NCBI GenBank assembly: GCA_963675745.2
Contig: CAXXWX010000006.1
Coordinates: forward strand, 128,001-192,000
DNA length: 64,000 nt
Reading direction: 5' to 3'
Origin: Phycisphaerae bacterium
Lineage (GTDB): Bacteria; Planctomycetota; Phycisphaerae; UBA1845; Fen-1342
Shown here: positions 12,542-22,530 of the stretch, piece by piece
How positions within the stretch are numbered: position 1 is the first letter of the stretch
Layout: each line of letters begins with the position of its first letter
Translations under genes and position numbers: made by a program
Notes under the pieces: generated by a model
What the model was told of the DNA's origin: nothing
The model's input: only the letters and a program-made list of their open reading frames with translations
Databases searched by the model: none

Positions 12542-14638
12542 ATGGACCCGCTGGCCATTGGGTATGTTATCGGCGTGCGCGGCGACGAGACCGATGTGCA
12601 GGTCTCACGCGAAGATCTGCGCATTGATTACCACGGCATCACGTATCGAATCGGTCGCCTCGGCACCTACGTTACCATACCGATGGACCGCAAGCTGCTC
12701 GTCGGCTACGTGACGAGCGTCGGTACGCAAGGCGATCTCGAGCCGGGCCCAGACCCTGGCGCGCCGCGCCGTATCACGATGACGGTGCAGCTTCTCGGCA
12801 CCATCCAGAACGAGCAGTTCATCCGCGGGGTAAACGAGTATCCGACGATCGGCGATCCGGTGCGCCTCGGCGTCGATGAGGATTTCGAGCTGATCTTCGG
12901 GGCTTTTGACGCGCTCACAACGGGTGGTGACTACCCGAAGTCTTTTCCGATGGGACGCTTTGCCGTTGATACCGACTTCCAGGTGCGTGTGCTGGGCAAA
13001 GACTTCTTCAGCAAGCATGTCGCCGTAATGGGCAACAGCGGTTCAGGCAAGAGCGTCACAACCGCCAAGATTGTCCACGAGGCGCTCAAGCTCCCGCACT
13101 CGCAGGTGATCATTTTTGACATGCACGGCGAGTATCGGAACGCATTCTCCGATGATCAGGGCAACCCGAATCCAAACGTGACCTACCTCTCGGATAGAAA
13201 CCTCGTGATGCCGTATTGGATGCTGCGGTATGACGAGTTTGAAGAGCTGTTCCTCGACACAACCAATCCCATGAATATCAACGCGCAGAAAATCTTCCTA
13301 CGTTCGGCTTTTGAGAAGCTCAAACGGCCCGCCGCCGAGGAACTCGGGCTGGCCGCCGAATACACCGTTGACACGCCGGTGTATTACGGCATGGAGTCTC
13401 TCCAGATCTTCGCCGAGAACATGAACGATGCGCGTTTTGTGCTGAACACCGACACATACGCCTTTGCCCGTCTGCCGCAGCGTTCCCTGCCGGTTGAGGA
13501 ACAGGAAGCTCTGTTGATGGAACGGCGGATGGAGTTCAACCAGGGCAATCCTGAAGGCGAGCTGCCGCACGCAACGTACCACGGGGCCCTGCTGGGCCTG
13601 GTGAACCAGATCGAGACGCGGCTGAATGACCGCCGTTACGATTTCCTGCTCAAGCCATTTGAGCAGGCCAGCAAGAACGCGGAACTGTCGGGGCGCTTGA
13701 CCTGCGATCGCTCTCCCGGCGAGTTGAGCAAGAGCGTCAGTTGGGTGATTCGGCAGATGCTCGGGCGGCTGGATACGCGTAAGAACCTCACGATAGTCGA
13801 CCTTTCGGGCCTGCCGTTTGACGTGGTCGATATCACGGTGGCGGTTCTGACGCGAACGTTGTTTGACTTCAATTTCTGGTCTCCGCCCGACGTGCGTCGT
13901 CCCTTTGTGCTGTGCTACGAAGAGGCGCACAACTACCTGCCGCGCGATGCGCAGGGCCGGCGCACATACGCGCGCAACGCCGTCGAAAAGGTCGCGAAGG
14001 AGGGGCGTAAGTATGGAGTCTCGGCGATGGTGGTCTCGCAGCGGCCCAGTGAGATCTCCGAGACAATCCTGAGCCAGTGCAACACGATGGTACTGATGCG
14101 GATGAACAACCCCGATGACCAGGAATACGCCGCCCGAGTGGTTAGTGATCAGTTTCGCAGCCTGATCAGCATCCTGCCGAGCATGCGACCGGGTGAAGGT
14201 TTCATAATCGGCGATTCGGTGATGATGCCGATGCGTACGCTGATCGACATGCCGCCCAAGCTGCCGCGCAGTGGTGACGTGGACTTCTTCAAGGAGTGGT
14301 CGCGCGATATGTATGGCGGCGACGTCGAGGTGATTGTGGATCGCTGGTGGCGGCAGGATCGGTCGGCGTTGCACAGCGAGAGTGACGAGGTGGTGTCCGG
14401 CGAGCAGCGGACAACAGGCCCCAGCGCCGCCGATCAGGCACACGTGGAGGCCGGGGAGGCGCCAGACCACGCGGCGGAGCCCGGCTTCGTGTCGGAGGGG
14501 GGCCGGTCGGTTGCCCCGGCGGATGGTACACCCGCCCAGCCCGGTGGCGTTCCCAACGCGCCGCAGAAGAAACGCTCGCGCGCGGCGGAAAAACTCGCCG
14601 AACTGGCGGCGCTGTTTGATCGCGACACGCGCAGGTGA
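12542..14638 (+). CDS. HerA-like ATPase/translocase (HAS barrel + DUF87 + C-terminal HerA domain) with acidic low-complexity tail
   Basis: Walker A GNSGSGKS, IFDMHGEY, Walker B CYEEAHNY, arginine-finger region KEGRKYG, SQRPSE..ETILSQC. Confidence 0.9.
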   Translation: MDPLAIGYVIGVRGDETDVQVSREDLRIDYHGITYRIGRLGTYVTIPMDRKLLVGYVTSVGTQGDLEPGPDPGAPRRITMTVQLLGTIQNEQFIRGVNEYPTIGDPVRLGVDEDFELIFGAFDALTTGGDYPKSFPMGRFAVDTDFQVRVLGKDFFSKHVAVMGNSGSGKSVTTAKIVHEALKLPHSQVIIFDMHGEYRNAFSDDQGNPNPNVTYLSDRNLVMPYWMLRYDEFEELFLDTTNPMNINAQKIFLRSAFEKLKRPAAEELGLAAEYTVDTPVYYGMESLQIFAENMNDARFVLNTDTYAFARLPQRSLPVEEQEALLMERRMEFNQGNPEGELPHATYHGALLGLVNQIETRLNDRRYDFLLKPFEQASKNAELSGRLTCDRSPGELSKSVSWVIRQMLGRLDTRKNLTIVDLSGLPFDVVDITVAVLTRTLFDFNFWSPPDVRRPFVLCYEEAHNYLPRDAQGRRTYARNAVEKVAKEGRKYGVSAMVVSQRPSEISETILSQCNTMVLMRMNNPDDQEYAARVVSDQFRSLISILPSMRPGEGFIIGDSVMMPMRTLIDMPPKLPRSGDVDFFKEWSRDMYGGDVEVIVDRWWRQDRSALHSESDEVVSGEQRTTGPSAADQAHVEAGEAPDHAAEPGFVSEGGRSVAPADGTPAQPGGVPNAPQKKRSRAAEKLAELAALFDRDTRR

Positions 14639-14683
14639 GCACGCGCCCGGATGGCAATCGCGCGCCAGCTCCGGGCAAGATCG

Positions 14684-16957
14684 TCACGTGATCTGCAACG
14701 GCCCATCCGGCAGAAGCGGGGTCTGCCCGGCTCCGAGTTCATCAGCGAGCGTAACGAACCGCACGCGCAATTGCTCAAACTCCGACACCAGATCGTCCGA
14801 CACCGCGTCCTTCAGTGCTTCGTCGTCGCGGGCCACAGCGTCCTTGCGCAGTTGGTTCAGGTACTTCTGCTGCACGATCAGCATACGTTCCGTCCAGAAG
14901 GCCGGCCGACGCGGTTCCGGTCCCGGCGCGTTCAGGCAAAACCACCGGCGGAGCGTGCCATAACGGTCGGCGCTCTCATCGGCGTGCAGGACCCTGGTCG
15001 TGCGCATCGATTCCAGCGCGCACCTGATTGATTTGAGCTGGATGGTGGCCAGCAGACGCAGATAGGACAGCACGTCCGCGAACAAGCGCTGACTGACCGA
15101 GCCATCGGGCGGACAGGTGAACACCGAATCGCCTTCACGCACTCGCACACGGGCGCGTGCCATCAGTGTCGCAACGTAGAAGAAGCGGCAACTCAGGTGT
15201 TGCAGCAACTGGCAGGCGCGATCGGTAAGCGTAACTTCGTCTGTCCCATCCAGCAGGATACCCTCTCGGATTCGGTAGTAATTGGTCGATTCGATCATTC
15301 CCGAGGGGCTCTGCGGCGAGACGATCATCATCCGGATCACCTCCAGCACGGTATCCTGCGGCAATCCGACCGCGCGGCAACGGCGAACCACCTCCGCGAC
15401 CCGCGCGCGGCCGGCTCTGTGACGATCCCACGAAAGGCCGCACAGCTTGAAGATCGCGGCGAGGATTATTTCGTGTCGAAAGCCATGTATCCACACCGGG
15501 CAGTCATCCACGACCTCCTCCTGACTATGCCGAATCTCCTCGGCGGCGCGCACCGGATTGCACAGATCAACCGCCTGCTCGATGTGCGCCGAGCGCGGCA
15601 GCCACTGGTAGAACAACGATTCAACCTGGAGTCGCCGATGTAGCGTCAGATCCTCGTCCGCGCCCAGTGGTTGCATCCCGTAGTTGGCGATCAGGTGCTC
15701 AACGAGATTTCCGGCGTTGACCAGCTTGTCGCGACCATTACCGTTGCCCAGCGCATCCAGCTCCCACCCGAGACGCAGGTACTCCTTGCGGCGGAGTTCG
15801 CAAATCATGCGTTCGATCATCCGCAGGCCATCCAGATTTAGGACGGTGCCGTCGGACATCTGGATGGGCTCGCCGCTCTCCGCCCGTCTTCTGACGTATT
15901 CGCAGCGCCGGCGCACCATGGCGGCATCGAAGCTGCGCCACGTGAACACTTGTGTTCCTCTACGGGCCAGGCCATCGGCGTCGCGTGTGTTGAACCTCAG
16001 CCACTCGAGCACTCGGGCCTCCTCGTCCGGTGGCAGGGCGTGGCGGCTGGCATCATCTGAATTGACCATTCCCACGTTGACCGAGTTGGCGTCCTCGCGC
16101 TGGACGTCGAAGTCGGCCACCTCATCACCCGTCTGTCGGCGCGCATCCTCGACGTAGCGTTGCTTGTTCTCCGGCCGCACGGCCGCCACGAGCGTAACGG
16201 ATGCTTGCAGGCGGTCGATCCAGATCAGCATCCACTGGCACAAGTTGGCGCGCAGCCCAAGGCACCAGATCGAGTCGAGGTTGTCCAGGTGGACGATGAT
16301 CGGCTTGTCAAAGACCGCCGTGTTCGGCAGGCGCGGCAGTGCGTACAACAGGTCATCCAGGCGCAACGCGTCGACGAAGGCCAGGATCTGTGCTTCGTGA
16401 GGCCCGCCACGCTCCCGGACCTGTGCGGTCAGCCAGGCCTGGAAGTGTGCATCGTCCGAGCCCTCGGTGGCGGCCGCGCTCCCGCCGAAACGATTGCGCA
16501 GCGCCCGGCGCGCCGCAGCCCCATCCTCGGACAGCATATGGTCGCTGACGGCCAGCACCGGCAAGAGATGGCGGGCCTCGATTCGGTGAAACTCCATCAC
16601 CGCCTCGAGTTTTTGGCGCAGGTTGCTCGTCAGCCAATCGGCGCAGGCCGAGAAGGAACGCGTGCGCGAGAGGCTCTCTTGCTTGAGGCGTCTGAAGTCC
16701 ATGCTGAGGACCACGCGACCGTTCTTCTGCAAGTCGCGGAGCACATAACGCACGAACGTTGTCTTGCCGGTGCCGACGCTTCCGGAGATCCAGATGATCG
16801 GCTTACCGGCGACGATGTGGCTGCGGATTTCGTCGCGCAGTGCGGGCAGGTCTACGTACAGGCCTGTGCCCTCTTCGCCCTCGTTGTCCTCGTAGAAGCC
16901 GTCGCTGCTTAATCCCAATGTGCGTGCCACAGTCCAGAGGGGGTGTGATTCAGCCAT
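14684..16957 (-). CDS. Uncharacterised large P-loop NTPase with possible C-terminal winged helix
   Basis: Walker A GSVGTGKTT, Walker B IIVHLDNLD, long helical C-terminal part. Start uncertain (16957 or 17020). Confidence 0.7.
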   Translation of the reverse strand: MAESHPLWTVARTLGLSSDGFYEDNEGEEGTGLYVDLPALRDEIRSHIVAGKPIIWISGSVGTGKTTFVRYVLRDLQKNGRVVLSMDFRRLKQESLSRTRSFSACADWLTSNLRQKLEAVMEFHRIEARHLLPVLAVSDHMLSEDGAAARRALRNRFGGSAAATEGSDDAHFQAWLTAQVRERGGPHEAQILAFVDALRLDDLLYALPRLPNTAVFDKPIIVHLDNLDSIWCLGLRANLCQWMLIWIDRLQASVTLVAAVRPENKQRYVEDARRQTGDEVADFDVQREDANSVNVGMVNSDDASRHALPPDEEARVLEWLRFNTRDADGLARRGTQVFTWRSFDAAMVRRRCEYVRRRAESGEPIQMSDGTVLNLDGLRMIERMICELRRKEYLRLGWELDALGNGNGRDKLVNAGNLVEHLIANYGMQPLGADEDLTLHRRLQVESLFYQWLPRSAHIEQAVDLCNPVRAAEEIRHSQEEVVDDCPVWIHGFRHEIILAAIFKLCGLSWDRHRAGRARVAEVVRRCRAVGLPQDTVLEVIRMMIVSPQSPSGMIESTNYYRIREGILLDGTDEVTLTDRACQLLQHLSCRFFYVATLMARARVRVREGDSVFTCPPDGSVSQRLFADVLSYLRLLATIQLKSIRCALESMRTTRVLHADESADRYGTLRRWFCLNAPGPEPRRPAFWTERMLIVQQKYLNQLRKDAVARDDEALKDAVSDDLVSEFEQLRVRFVTLADELGAGQTPLLPDGPLQIT

Positions 16958-17168
16958 GTCCACGCCATAGCCATTGACAGCCTCGACGGCGCGGAACTCG
17001 TTGTGGTGCCTTGCGCACATAATCTGGCCTCCCGTGCGAACATGCCGCTACGGCATGTGCCCGATCCCGCCGGCGCGCGCCCGCCATTCGTGCGCACTGC
17101 CCGTGACATTCATCCTATGATTCGCCGATACAGGTGTTTGCCCCCAAAGCCGCCGGTGCGGCGTCGAC

Positions 17169-17654
17169 CTACTTCTCGCCCAGCGAGCGGCGGTGGCGGA
17201 AAAACTCGCGCAGCAGTTCGGCGCATGGCTCAGCCAATACGCCGCCAACTGTTTCCGCGCGGTGATTGAGGCGGGGATCGTCGGTGATCTCGAAGAGCGA
17301 GCCGCAGGCCCCGCCCTTTTCATCCGCGGCGCCGTACACGACCCGGGGAATGCGTGCGAGGACGATCGCGCCGGCGCACATCGCGCACGGCTCCAGCGTG
17401 ACGTACAGCGTGCAATCGGCGAGCCGCCAGTGGCCGATGTGGTCGGCGGCGGCAGTGATAGCGATGATCTCGGCGTGGGCGGTCGGGTCTTGAAGGTGTT
17501 CACGCTGGTTGTAGCCACGCCCGATGATGTGGCCATCAAGCACGACCAGCGCCCCGACCGGCACGTCCTCCGACTCCAGGGCCCGCGCCGCCAAATCCAG
17601 CGCCTGTCGCATGAATCTCCGATCCACCTCGTCCTGGTGCATTCCGGGGAACAT
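17169..17654 (-). CDS. tadA: tRNA adenosine(34) deaminase
   Basis: [29 protein letters not shown]. Confidence 0.95.
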   Translation of the reverse strand: MFPGMHQDEVDRRFMRQALDLAARALESEDVPVGALVVLDGHIIGRGYNQREHLQDPTAHAEIIAITAAADHIGHWRLADCTLYVTLEPCAMCAGAIVLARIPRVVYGAADEKGGACGSLFEITDDPRLNHRAETVGGVLAEPCAELLREFFRHRRSLGEK

Positions 17655-17716
17655 CGCCGCTCCTGTTGTGCTGGATTGTCCGGCGTTTATTATGCAGGCA
17701 GAATCGGAGTAGTGAC

Positions 17717-18316
17717 ATGCCTGACGAGGTCTTGCTCAAACTGTCGCTCGAGAGGTTTCTGGACCGTCTCGCTTCTGATGTTCCGACGCCCGGGGGTGGG
17801 AGCGTGGCAGCCCTGGTTGGAGCACTTGCCGCGGGACTGGGACAAATGTCCTGCGCGTTCACAGTCGGGCGCAGAAGATTCGCCGCGGTCGAGGCGCAGG
17901 TGCGTGAGGTCGCGCTGCGTCTTGAACGCATTGGCAACATGCTGCGCCGCCTGATCGATGAGGACTCCCAGGCCTACGCGGATTTGACGGCGGCCTTTCA
18001 ATTGGACAAGGCGGATCCCCGGCGCGAAACACGCGTCGCACTCGCGGCCAGCGTTGCGGCCGGCGTGCCTTTTCAAACCGCCGCCCTCAGTCGCCAGGTT
18101 TGTCTCGATCTCGAACGGCTGATCGAGGTCGCCAATCCGCGGCTCAAGTCCGACGTTGAGGCCGGTATCAGCCTGGCGCGATCGGCGTTTGAAGCCGCCG
18201 TCGCCAACGTGCGCATCAATCTGCCCTACATGAACTCCGAGGATTCCGGACGGATGGAGCGAGAGCTTTCGCGATTGCTTAGTGGCGAATGCCCGCCCGG
18301 TCCGGCTGGTGTGTAG
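17717..18316 (+). CDS. Formimidoyltetrahydrofolate cyclodeaminase/cyclohydrolase family protein (FTCD_C)
   Basis: [35 protein letters not shown]. Confidence 0.88.
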   Translation: MPDEVLLKLSLERFLDRLASDVPTPGGGSVAALVGALAAGLGQMSCAFTVGRRRFAAVEAQVREVALRLERIGNMLRRLIDEDSQAYADLTAAFQLDKADPRRETRVALAASVAAGVPFQTAALSRQVCLDLERLIEVANPRLKSDVEAGISLARSAFEAAVANVRINLPYMNSEDSGRMERELSRLLSGECPPGPAGV

Positions 18317-18335
18317 ACAACTCCCCGCGATCACA

Positions 18336-19868
18336 TCAAGTTGCTGCCGACGCCGACGTGGCACGCCGCGCTGGAAGCCAGAGCGGGTAGAGCGTTTGCA
18401 GGGCCACGTAGAGATATCCGACGACGAAGAGCAGCAGAAACGGCAGGGCGCCGAAGATTCGCTCGACCCACATGTCGTGGCGCGAGTAGATGACGAGGAA
18501 TCCGACGAGCTGCAACCCGAGGGCGAGCTCGACCCACGCTTGCCACGCGGCGCGCCCGCGGAATCCGTGCAACCGTCGGCGCCAGCCCTGTCGGCGCTGG
18601 AGTGCGGCGTCGCCGAATTTGGGTGTGCGGACGAATTCGCTCTGCTGTCCCGCCAGGCCCTCGATGGCGGCGATTGCGTTGTTCAGGGCAATCCCAATAC
18701 CGATCGCCATCAACGCCGGCACGAAGCGCAAGCTGTCCCACCAGCTCCTGGTAAGCTCGCGCTGGCTGCACACGTAGAAGCTCAATGCCGACCCTGTGCC
18801 GACAAAAAACAACAACATTTCCAGGCACCATTGCCAGGCGGGGTTGTACTCGGGCAAGACGACCTTGGCGTACAGGGCCGGCCCGAGCAGCAATGAGAGC
18901 AGCACCATCAGGATGTATACGACCCAACTGGTCAGGTGAAAGAACGCCTCCACCTTGACGCGGAACGGCCCCGGGCTGGCGAAGACCTTGGGCAGCAGTT
19001 TCAGGCAGGTCTGCACGCCGCCCTTGGTCCAGCGGTGTTGTTGTGCCTTGAAGGCGTTGATCTCGGGGGGCAGTTCGGCGGGTGCCGCGAGCCCCGGCAG
19101 AAACAAGAACCGCCAGCCGCGCAACTGTGCCCGATACGACAGGTCGAGATCTTCGGTGAGTGTGTCGTGCTGCCAGCCGCCGGCATCGATAATCGCCGAC
19201 TTGCGCCAGATTCCGGCCGTTCCGTTGAAACTCATGTAGCGGCCGGTGCGATTGCGTGCCGTGTGCTCGACGACAAAGTGGCCATCGAGCAAAATCGCCT
19301 GGGCCTGGGTCAGCAGTGACGTGCCCCGGTTCAGGTGTTCCCAGCGGCATTGTACCATGCCGATGCGCTCATCGGTGAACTGGTGGATCGTGTCCTGAAG
19401 CACATTTGCCGGTGGCAGGAAGTCGGCGTCGAAAATGACGATAAACTCGCCCCGGGCTCGTTTCAGGCCCGCTTCGAGGGCGCCGGCCTTGTAGCCCGTG
19501 CGGTCATCCCGATGCACGTATTCGACGTTGTGACCGGCGGCCCGCATGCGCGTGACCGCGTCGAGCGCTATCTGGCGCGTTTCGTCGGTTGAATCGTCCA
19601 ATACCTGAATATCGAGCAAATTTCGGGGATAATCGATGCGGCAGGCCTGCTCAATGATCCGGCGCGCCACGTAGCGCTCGTTGAACATCGGGAGCTGGAC
19701 GGTGACACGCGGAAGCTGCGCGAACCGCCGGTCTGGTTCGAGGGCGCGTCCACGCACGCGATAGTACAGCAGCACGAGTGCGTAGCGGTGGAGGCCGTAG
19801 ACACACAGCAAGCTCAGTACGACCAGATAGGCGAGCAGTGCGGCGCGAAGGGCCGGCTCAAAAGTCAT
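18336..19868 (-). CDS. Membrane GT2 glycosyltransferase (cellulose synthase-like)
   Basis: LDDSTD, GYKAGAL, FDADF, TEDLD, QQHRW (D,D,D,QxxRW), with N- and C-terminal TM helices. Confidence 0.92.
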   Translation of the reverse strand: MTFEPALRAALLAYLVVLSLLCVYGLHRYALVLLYYRVRGRALEPDRRFAQLPRVTVQLPMFNERYVARRIIEQACRIDYPRNLLDIQVLDDSTDETRQIALDAVTRMRAAGHNVEYVHRDDRTGYKAGALEAGLKRARGEFIVIFDADFLPPANVLQDTIHQFTDERIGMVQCRWEHLNRGTSLLTQAQAILLDGHFVVEHTARNRTGRYMSFNGTAGIWRKSAIIDAGGWQHDTLTEDLDLSYRAQLRGWRFLFLPGLAAPAELPPEINAFKAQQHRWTKGGVQTCLKLLPKVFASPGPFRVKVEAFFHLTSWVVYILMVLLSLLLGPALYAKVVLPEYNPAWQWCLEMLLFFVGTGSALSFYVCSQRELTRSWWDSLRFVPALMAIGIGIALNNAIAAIEGLAGQQSEFVRTPKFGDAALQRRQGWRRRLHGFRGRAAWQAWVELALGLQLVGFLVIYSRHDMWVERIFGALPFLLLFVVGYLYVALQTLYPLWLPARRATSASAAT

Positions 19869-20067
19869 GGCTGAACACTCCAGCCGCCGGTATGATTAAG
19901 GGTTAGCTACCCGCAAACCTCGCATGCTATGGACGAGGTATGGGGGTGTCAATGTGAGGGAGCGTGTTTTGGCCATGCATCGTGGCGTGGCGTACGCTCC
20001 GCCCCCGCGCCGTAGAGCTGTCAAAGATGTGACGGTCCGGCGCGTTTGCAGATTGGAGAGATGACTT

Positions 20068-21129
20068 TTGAGGACCAAATCACCAGTAACGGACAACGCT
20101 GCGCGCGCCGCCCGCAGTCGCGACATCGCCGAGTTTGCGAGCAAGTACCTGGCCGGCGAGAACGATGACCTGTTCCAGGACATGCTCGTCACCGTTTGCC
20201 GGCTGGCAAACGACGGCACCGATCGCGGGTCCGTCAAGTTGCTGCACAAGGCACTGGCCGAATTGCGCTACGCGTTCAAGGTCTTTGCGCCGTACAAAGA
20301 GGTGCGAAAGATCAGCATCTTCGGTTCGTCACGGACGGCGACAGATGATCCCGACTACCAGGCCGCGGTGGCGTTTGGCCGGCGAATTCACGAAGTGGGC
20401 TGGATGGTCATAACCGGCGCCGGCGGCGGTATCATGCAGGCCGGGCACGATGGCGCGGGGGCCAAGGCCAGCTTTGGTGTCGCCATCAGATTGCCCTTTG
20501 AGCAAAGAACCAACGACGTCATCGCCGATGACGATAAGCTCATGAACTTCCGCTACTTCTTCACGCGCAAACTGATGTTTCTGAAAGAAGCGTCGGCGGT
20601 GGCGTTGTTCCCCGGCGGGTTCGGCACGCAGGATGAGGGGTTTGAGGCCATGACGCTGATCCAGACCGGCAAGGCGCCGCTGGTCCCGATCGTGCTCCTC
20701 GAAAGGCCGGGCGGAACCTACTGGCTTCAGTGGCGGGCTTATGTCAAGTCCGAGCTGCTCACCGCCGGAATGATCGACCCGGAAGACATGGATCTCGTCT
20801 ATATCACCGATGACGTGGAGGCGGGGGTCCGTGAGGTTGTTCAGTTTTATCGCGTGTATCACTCGATGCGTTTTGTGGATGAAGACCTGGTGCTGCGTTT
20901 GCAGCGACCGTTGGCCGCGGAGACGGTCGAGCGGCTCAATGACGAATATGGCTCGCTTGTAGCCGCCGGACGTATTGAGCAATGCGGGCCGCTGCCGGCC
21001 GAGGGGGATGAGTATGCCGACAAGCCGCGGCTCAAACTCAGGTTCGACCGCAGAAGCTGCGGGAGATTGCGGCAGATGATCAACCTGATCAACAAGGAGC
21101 CGGATGCCAATCAAGGTGTTTGCGGCTGA
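20068..21129 (+). CDS. LOG family (TIGR00730-like) phosphoribohydrolase, long form
   Basis: SIFGSSR, ITGAGGGIM, YFFTRKLMF, PGGFGTQDE. Confidence 0.88.
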   Translation: MRTKSPVTDNAARAARSRDIAEFASKYLAGENDDLFQDMLVTVCRLANDGTDRGSVKLLHKALAELRYAFKVFAPYKEVRKISIFGSSRTATDDPDYQAAVAFGRRIHEVGWMVITGAGGGIMQAGHDGAGAKASFGVAIRLPFEQRTNDVIADDDKLMNFRYFFTRKLMFLKEASAVALFPGGFGTQDEGFEAMTLIQTGKAPLVPIVLLERPGGTYWLQWRAYVKSELLTAGMIDPEDMDLVYITDDVEAGVREVVQFYRVYHSMRFVDEDLVLRLQRPLAAETVERLNDEYGSLVAAGRIEQCGPLPAEGDEYADKPRLKLRFDRRSCGRLRQMINLINKEPDANQGVCG

Positions 21130-21467
21130 GCGTCGTACCCATGAAGTCCCCGGCAGCGCGGCTGCCGGGGCGGCTACAACCAGGGAAACCCCGGAAAACA
21201 AGCGGTCAAACGGCCGGGGAGCCCCGAAGACCCGAAAAATAAAGGCGAAAACGCCCTGTTTTACCAAACGGGTCTTGACGATTCTGAAGAAGCGTGCAAC
21301 TTAATAACGCAGAAATCGACGATCGGCGCGGTCGAGTGCTCTTGCGGCGTGCAGGACCGGTCGCGTCGGTGTGGTTTCGTGCGGGATTCTGCCTGACAAG
21401 GCAGCCGAGGTCACGTCCCTTGGACGGCGCGATGGGTTCCCATCCCGCTCATGGAGGATAAAACACA

Positions 21468-21800
21468 ATGGCGAAAACAAAGAAGGCAACTGCGGTAACG
21501 AAAGCCCGCACCAAGTCCGAGATCTTCGCCGGTCTTGCCGACAGCACCGGGCTGACGCGCAAGCAAATCTCGGCGATCTTCGGCGAGATGGGCATGATGA
21601 TCAAGAAGGACCTCAGCGGTCGCGGACCGGGCATGTTCACCGTCCCGGGTCTCATGAAGATCAAGGTCGTCAAGAAGCCCGCCACCAAGGCGCGCAAGGG
21701 AATCAACCCGTTCACCGGCGAAGAGATCATGATCAAGGCCAAGCCCGCCCGTAAGGCGGTCAAGGTCACGGCGCTCAAGGGCCTGAAGGAAATGGTCTGA
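21468..21800 (+). CDS. HU-family DNA-binding protein
   Basis: Basic 110-aa protein with TKSEI..LA..TGL and ARKGINPFTGEEIMIKAKPA. Strong GGAGG SD. Confidence 0.92.
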   Translation: MAKTKKATAVTKARTKSEIFAGLADSTGLTRKQISAIFGEMGMMIKKDLSGRGPGMFTVPGLMKIKVVKKPATKARKGINPFTGEEIMIKAKPARKAVKVTALKGLKEMV

Positions 21801-21859
21801 TCGAGGAACAGCCCTAGCAGGCCAGGCTAGCGCCACAGCTTGGCCGGCAACCAAACCTG

Positions 21860-21904
21860 CGGGCGTGGAACCGTTATGCGATTCCACGCCCGTTTCTTTT
21901 CTTT
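21860..21904 (+). terminator. Rho-independent terminator
   Basis: CGGGCGTGGAA/TTCCACGCCCG stem followed by TTTCTTTTCTTT, downstream of the HU gene. Confidence 0.85.
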
Positions 21905-21954
21905 AGTGTCGTCGAGCGCGGATCATCGCGGCGCCTCACCAGCCCCAGACGCGA

Positions 21955-22530
21955 TCAGGCGTCTCCGACCGCTTGGGCATGTTCCCGCCGAACCCACATG
22001 TTCAGCTCGGCGAGCAGTCCCTGTCGCTTGGCATCGAGCGGATCAAAACCGTGTGCCTGCATCTCCGCCAGCGCTTCGGGCAGTTTCCAACCACTGACCG
22101 CGATGCGAAAGACGGCGCACAGGATTCCCGTGCGGTGGAATCCCTGCTCGCAGTGCACCAGCACCGGGTGCAGCCGGGGGTTTTTCACAATGTCCAGAAA
22201 CCCTGAAAAGACGTTTTGCGGTTCGCTGCTGGTGTCGGACATGCGAATGTGTTCGAGGTGAATGCCGTGCGACTGGCAGTAGGCGCGCTCTTTGCGGAAC
22301 CAGCGCCCGCGCAGCGGATGACGCGTGCCGCCGCGGGCGCAAACGACAGCGCCCAGGCCGTGCGTGCGGCGAATCTGTTCGAGGTCGCGGACGCGTGGCT
22401 GACCGGCGCGCATGAGCACGCCGGGCTCGACGATCGCGAAGTGTGTGAGCCCGTCGTAGCGGCTGCCGACCAGTCCGGCGAGCCACAAGCGCCATTGATG
22501 CGCGCTGCGCCAACCCGTCTTAACCGGCAT
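21955..22530 (-). CDS. Protein-tyrosine/dual-specificity phosphatase family protein
   Basis: CX5R loop PVLVHCEQGFHRTG and RAGQP. Overlaps the pyrH stop. Confidence 0.85.
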   Translation of the reverse strand: MPVKTGWRSAHQWRLWLAGLVGSRYDGLTHFAIVEPGVLMRAGQPRVRDLEQIRRTHGLGAVVCARGGTRHPLRGRWFRKERAYCQSHGIHLEHIRMSDTSSEPQNVFSGFLDIVKNPRLHPVLVHCEQGFHRTGILCAVFRIAVSGWKLPEALAEMQAHGFDPLDAKRQGLLAELNMWVRREHAQAVGDA

